A stretch of 64,000 bases of DNA from a virus (Duplodnaviria > Caudoviricetes), in IMG/VR virus record IMGVR_UViG_3300037418_002116; one strand, given 5' to 3'. Within the stretch, counting starts at the first letter, position 1. The number at the start of each line of letters is the position of its first letter. The notes beneath the pieces were generated by a model. That model saw only the letters and a program-made list of their open reading frames with translations. It did no database searches and had not been told where the DNA came from. Made by a program: the position numbers and the translations under genes. Below are positions 61,043-64,000 of this stretch, piece by piece.

Positions 61043-61119
61043 TGGTGAGTCCTCCGGGGCTCGAACCCGGAACCCCCAACTTAAAAGGCTGGTGCTCTAA
61101 CCAATTGAGCTAAGGACTC
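61043..61119 (-). tRNA. tRNA-Lys(TTT)
   Basis: CCAGC-CTTTTAA-GTTGG; canonical; ACCA. Confidence 0.93.
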
Positions 61120-61291
61120 GGAACCATTTGTTATGAAGGCACCATCCAAGTTTGATCAATTCTTTTCCCTGATCCGACTCGGCGGGCAACTCCATACTCG
61201 ATACATTAGACCAGATTGTATCAATTTGCAAGTGATATTTGGCATCTGGTTTGATATTTTCGAGAATTTCAAAAGATTTTTCGTATTTCAT
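61097..61291 (-). CDS. Hypothetical protein (3' end overlaps tRNA-Lys)
   Basis: GGAGA RBS; EL.KLGW motif. Confidence 0.55.
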   Translation of the reverse strand: MKYEKSFEILENIKPDAKYHLQIDTIWSNVSSMELPAESDQGKELIKLGWCLHNKWFRVLSSIG

Positions 61292-61343
61292 GTCTCAATC
61301 TCCGTTCCATGTACGGATTATTAAGCATGAGATTCGTTAATTT

Positions 61344-61787
61344 TTAGTTAAATTTTCCTCGGAACCATAGGCGAAGATAAAGAGCCTGTGCGCCCATCAA
61401 AAGGGCAACCCAGAAAAAGCTATTCATCCAAAATGCCATGTCGGGAAAACCGTTCCTCGTCATGACGAAGCTCATAAACCAGAACATGACAAGATCGAAG
61501 CCGTTGTAGAGGAACGACCACCAGCCACCAGATTTTTTCTCGATTTCCTCTAGCTCTTGACCGGCAGGCGGTTGAGCGCCAGTAAATGCCACTGCCAAGA
61601 TCGCAAAGAGAACGAGTAGAAACACACAAAAATAAGCCAAAAGGCAGAAATACAATGGTAAAAATGCCAGTTCGCCAATCGATGAATAGGTATAGATCGA
61701 AAAATATAGTGCAATGAATGCAATAATTCGGGAATAAACAAATGTATAGTTCAATTTGTCATTCTTCATTTTAACAGTAATTTTCAT
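61344..61787 (-). CDS. Integral membrane protein
   Basis: Four hydrophobic segments; AAGGA RBS. Confidence 0.7.
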   Translation of the reverse strand: MKITVKMKNDKLNYTFVYSRIIAFIALYFSIYTYSSIGELAFLPLYFCLLAYFCVFLLVLFAILAVAFTGAQPPAGQELEEIEKKSGGWWSFLYNGFDLVMFWFMSFVMTRNGFPDMAFWMNSFFWVALLMGAQALYLRLWFRGKFN

Positions 61788-61835
61788 TATATTCCTTAAA
61801 AAAGAGGGGGAGAAATTTCTTTCTCCCCGGCATTA

Positions 61836-62522
61836 TCAGCTAATGTCTTTCAATTCTGCCGACGTGAAGCTTGCTTCCGCCACATTATGAGAGGACATAT
61901 AGCGTCTGGCCGATGAAGCCATTGCAGTAGCCGTTTCAGCCCATTTCAAAGTCGGGTTGTAGTGGCCTAGTTTTGTCGTGTCGGCAACGATCTTGCTACC
62001 GCCCTTGAAGGCTTCCAAGTTAGCGCCAAGGTACATGACCGGCCAATTTTTCTTTTCGAACTTGGCCAGCAATTTTTTGGTATCTTGAAGCGTGTACTTG
62101 GTCGAGGTATTTTCGTCGCCATCCGTGATGACCACGAACTGAACCAAATCCGTCTTCTTCAAGCCCTGTGCCTTTGGCAGAGCGCCAAATTCGCAGATCG
62201 CATCATACAGAGGAGTCATGCCACGTGGCTTGATCGTTTCATCGGCATCAGACAAGGGTGTCCACTTTGCCGCCTTGGTGTATCGATGCTGTAGAATTGG
62301 AGCGTTTTCGAACGGGATTGTCTGGAAAGTTAACGACGTAGTGTATCCATTATTCCCAATCCAAGAGCCGTTGCCGATCTTGTCGAAGAAAGCCAAATTG
62401 ACGGAAAGATCAACGTCGGCTAGGGAATTCATATATTCGTTGAGAGTTGCGATAGTTTTTGTCCAGATGTTGGCCATCGAACCGGTTCTATCAACCAAGA
62501 TAAACAAATGTAATTTAGGCAA
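61836..62522 (-). CDS. von Willebrand factor A (MIDAS) domain protein
   Basis: ILVDRTGSM, PRGMTPLYDAI, VVITDGDENTS, YLGAN. Confidence 0.9.
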   Translation of the reverse strand: MPKLHLFILVDRTGSMANIWTKTIATLNEYMNSLADVDLSVNLAFFDKIGNGSWIGNNGYTTSLTFQTIPFENAPILQHRYTKAAKWTPLSDADETIKPRGMTPLYDAICEFGALPKAQGLKKTDLVQFVVITDGDENTSTKYTLQDTKKLLAKFEKKNWPVMYLGANLEAFKGGSKIVADTTKLGHYNPTLKWAETATAMASSARRYMSSHNVAEASFTSAELKDIS

Positions 62523-62590
62523 TAGTATAGAGCATCCTAAGTTAGGGTTAAAACCTCCATAACAAAAAAATCACTCTACTATATATGCAG

Positions 62591-62624
62591 AAAATAAAAG
62601 GGAGCGCCTAGATTCAGCGCTCCC
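62591..62624 (-). terminator. Terminator of the large ncRNA
   Basis: GGGAGCGC-tgaatctag-GCGCTCCC-TTTTATTTT on minus strand. Confidence 0.85.
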
Positions 62625-63588
62625 GTGACGGTCTTTCCAGTCATTATCCTAAGCCTTGCTACAGGCTAGGTTCTACTGTTATCCACTTCCTTTTGGGAAG
62701 TAACCGTTAAGACTTCTTGTAACGACGCATGAGAATTACTCGGCAATTTCCATCTGGTATAGGATAGCTAGTCCCACATCAAATTTCCCTTACCAAACTA
62801 GACCGCCTTGCGGGCTAAATCCAGCACCAGATTCCCTTTCGAGTCTGGTATTAAGTCCCTTCTTCTCACACCGGAACGGTACTTTTGCTTTTGTGATCGA
62901 GATTTGCACTCGGTCACCCCTACCAATGGGATGATTTGCTGAACCAACTAGGTCATGCCGTTCCAGTTGCTTCCTAAATGTTTCCATCTAAGAAATACAA
63001 CACGACCATCGCTACTTTCACCCTTGCGTGGCTACTCGTCATATTTCAGGATATCGTGCCTTGCGGCCCGGTGCCCTTAATATTGGATACAGCCTTCAAC
63101 CCGCTACGGTCTTGACCATATTCCTATACGTTGACACTCATTCTTCTGTTGATTTGCAAGACTGAATGAGTTTGCGGCTCATTTAGCTGGCATGGTTATC
63201 CAGCTTATCACCCTTCCGGGGTGTCAATCATCAACCGTCTGAACTAGCTCCCACGGGCGAACCGCAGAGCATCCCTCGGCAAGGGATAGTCCGTACTTGC
63301 TTGGCTTCACCATCTTTCGATGGCGGGAAGGCATATTGGAAGCCTTCCTTTGTAACCGGTTACCCGGCACAATGCCCCAAGCGGCAAACTGTTTTGCCAT
63401 TTCTGGCGAATTCTTTAGGGACCGGTGTCTTAACCGTTTGACGGGTTTGTTAGACGACAGAACCGTTCGAAACAGGACGAACCTTATTTCTCCAAAGTTC
63501 TGGATGGTCATTTAAGCCTAGTCAATCTTCTTACAGGTTCCCAAGCCTGTACCAGTTTTTGACACTCATTACCGGTTATCCTTTTCGG
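62596..63588 (-). ncRNA. Large (~990 nt) structured ncRNA, GOLLD-like
   Basis: No credible ORF; more than 12 hairpins with GAAA/GCAA loops on the minus strand; follows a tRNA-like gene; ends at a terminator; GAGTAGC..GTGTTGTATTTC..GCAACTG blocks recall GOLLD (from memory, unverified). Confidence 0.75.
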
Positions 63589-63589
63589 T

Positions 63590-63662
63590 TGGCTGAGAGG
63601 GAGGATTCGATACCCCATTGTCCAGCGACAAAGCCGGAAGTCCTACCTTAGACGACCTCTCA
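63590..63662 (-). tRNA. Non-canonical tRNA-Gln(TTG)-like leader of the large ncRNA
   Basis: TGAGAGG/CCTCTCA+GCCA; TCCGG-CTTTGTCG-CTGGA; T-arm GGGG-TATCGAAT-CCTC. Confidence 0.68.
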
Positions 63663-63728
63663 TTAGACCGAACATTTCACAAAACTCAATCTCGTTAAGT
63701 TGTGTCAGATGTTCGTTTCAGTTTTTTT

Positions 63729-63757
63729 ACTCTACTCTATTTCCTTTTTCGTGTCAA
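63729..63757 (-). promoter_or_regulatory. Promoter for the tRNA-like/large-ncRNA transcript
   Basis: TTGACA-N17-TAGAGT. Confidence 0.7.
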
Positions 63758-64000
63758 CAACTATTTTCATTTTTCTTCGAATTTTTTAGGAAACAGCCAA
63801 AAGGAATTTCGAACTTCCTACCCTTGTTTCCCGTCTACACCTTCCCACTTTGCAGCGGTACTCTTGATGCAAACTTTTCAGAACAAACCGTTGTTATCTA
63901 TCATTTGGCTAGGAAAGGTTGTCAAGCCTTTCTTTAGGGATCATAGATTGTGGTTGACTGCCACCGGTTTGTTGTTCTTTATATAGGCGACTAAGAAATG

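Noticed and set aside
62790-63515. ORFs 62790-62987, 63224-63511 and 63297-63515
   Set aside because: No RBS, atypical composition, and they lie inside the hairpin-rich ncRNA
1-64000. CRISPR array or mini-array
   Set aside because: No run of equal-length direct repeats with unique spacers seen; the only tandem repeats are in-frame coding repeats
1-64000. Integrase, transposase, IS or prophage boundaries
   Set aside because: No recombinase or transposase motifs or terminal repeats recognised; organisation fits a lytic phage

Overview
This is a 64-kb slice of a large lytic T4-like (myovirus-type) phage genome, most likely infecting a Rhizobiales host. Support for that: host-type CTTGAC-N17-YTATAT promoters, T4-type late promoters (TATAAATA/CTAAATA), GapR- and DUF1127-like host-mimic genes, and GroES. 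Nearly all genes are on the minus strand, and no structural or core replication genes were recognised. The window contains (i) dense arrays of small early genes, each behind a repeated promoter cassette; (ii) an RNA repair and translation-support set (three RNA ligases, split PNK kinase/phosphatase, CCA-adding enzyme, RlaP-type NTase, 2H phosphoesterase, PTH2-like, YqeY); (iii) NAD and ADP-ribose genes (PnuC-NadR, macrodomain, NADAR); (iv) a RelA/SpoT-type synthetase with a T4 capsid-targeting-like N-terminus, plus a separate HD hydrolase; and (v) about 20 scattered tRNA or tRNA-like genes, several with non-canonical folds. The most striking signals are non-coding. One is a ~990-nt promoter-to-terminator structured RNA behind a tRNA-like leader (62.6-63.66 kb, GOLLD-like). 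Another is a twice-present RNA motif I do not recognise, with its own promoters and variable insertion stems (37.8 kb and 60.9 kb). There is also a ~600-nt hairpin-dense non-coding block at 18.8-19.4 kb and a 155-nt tRNA-like RNA with a giant extra arm. All calls are from reading the sequence by eye; no database or folding program was run.
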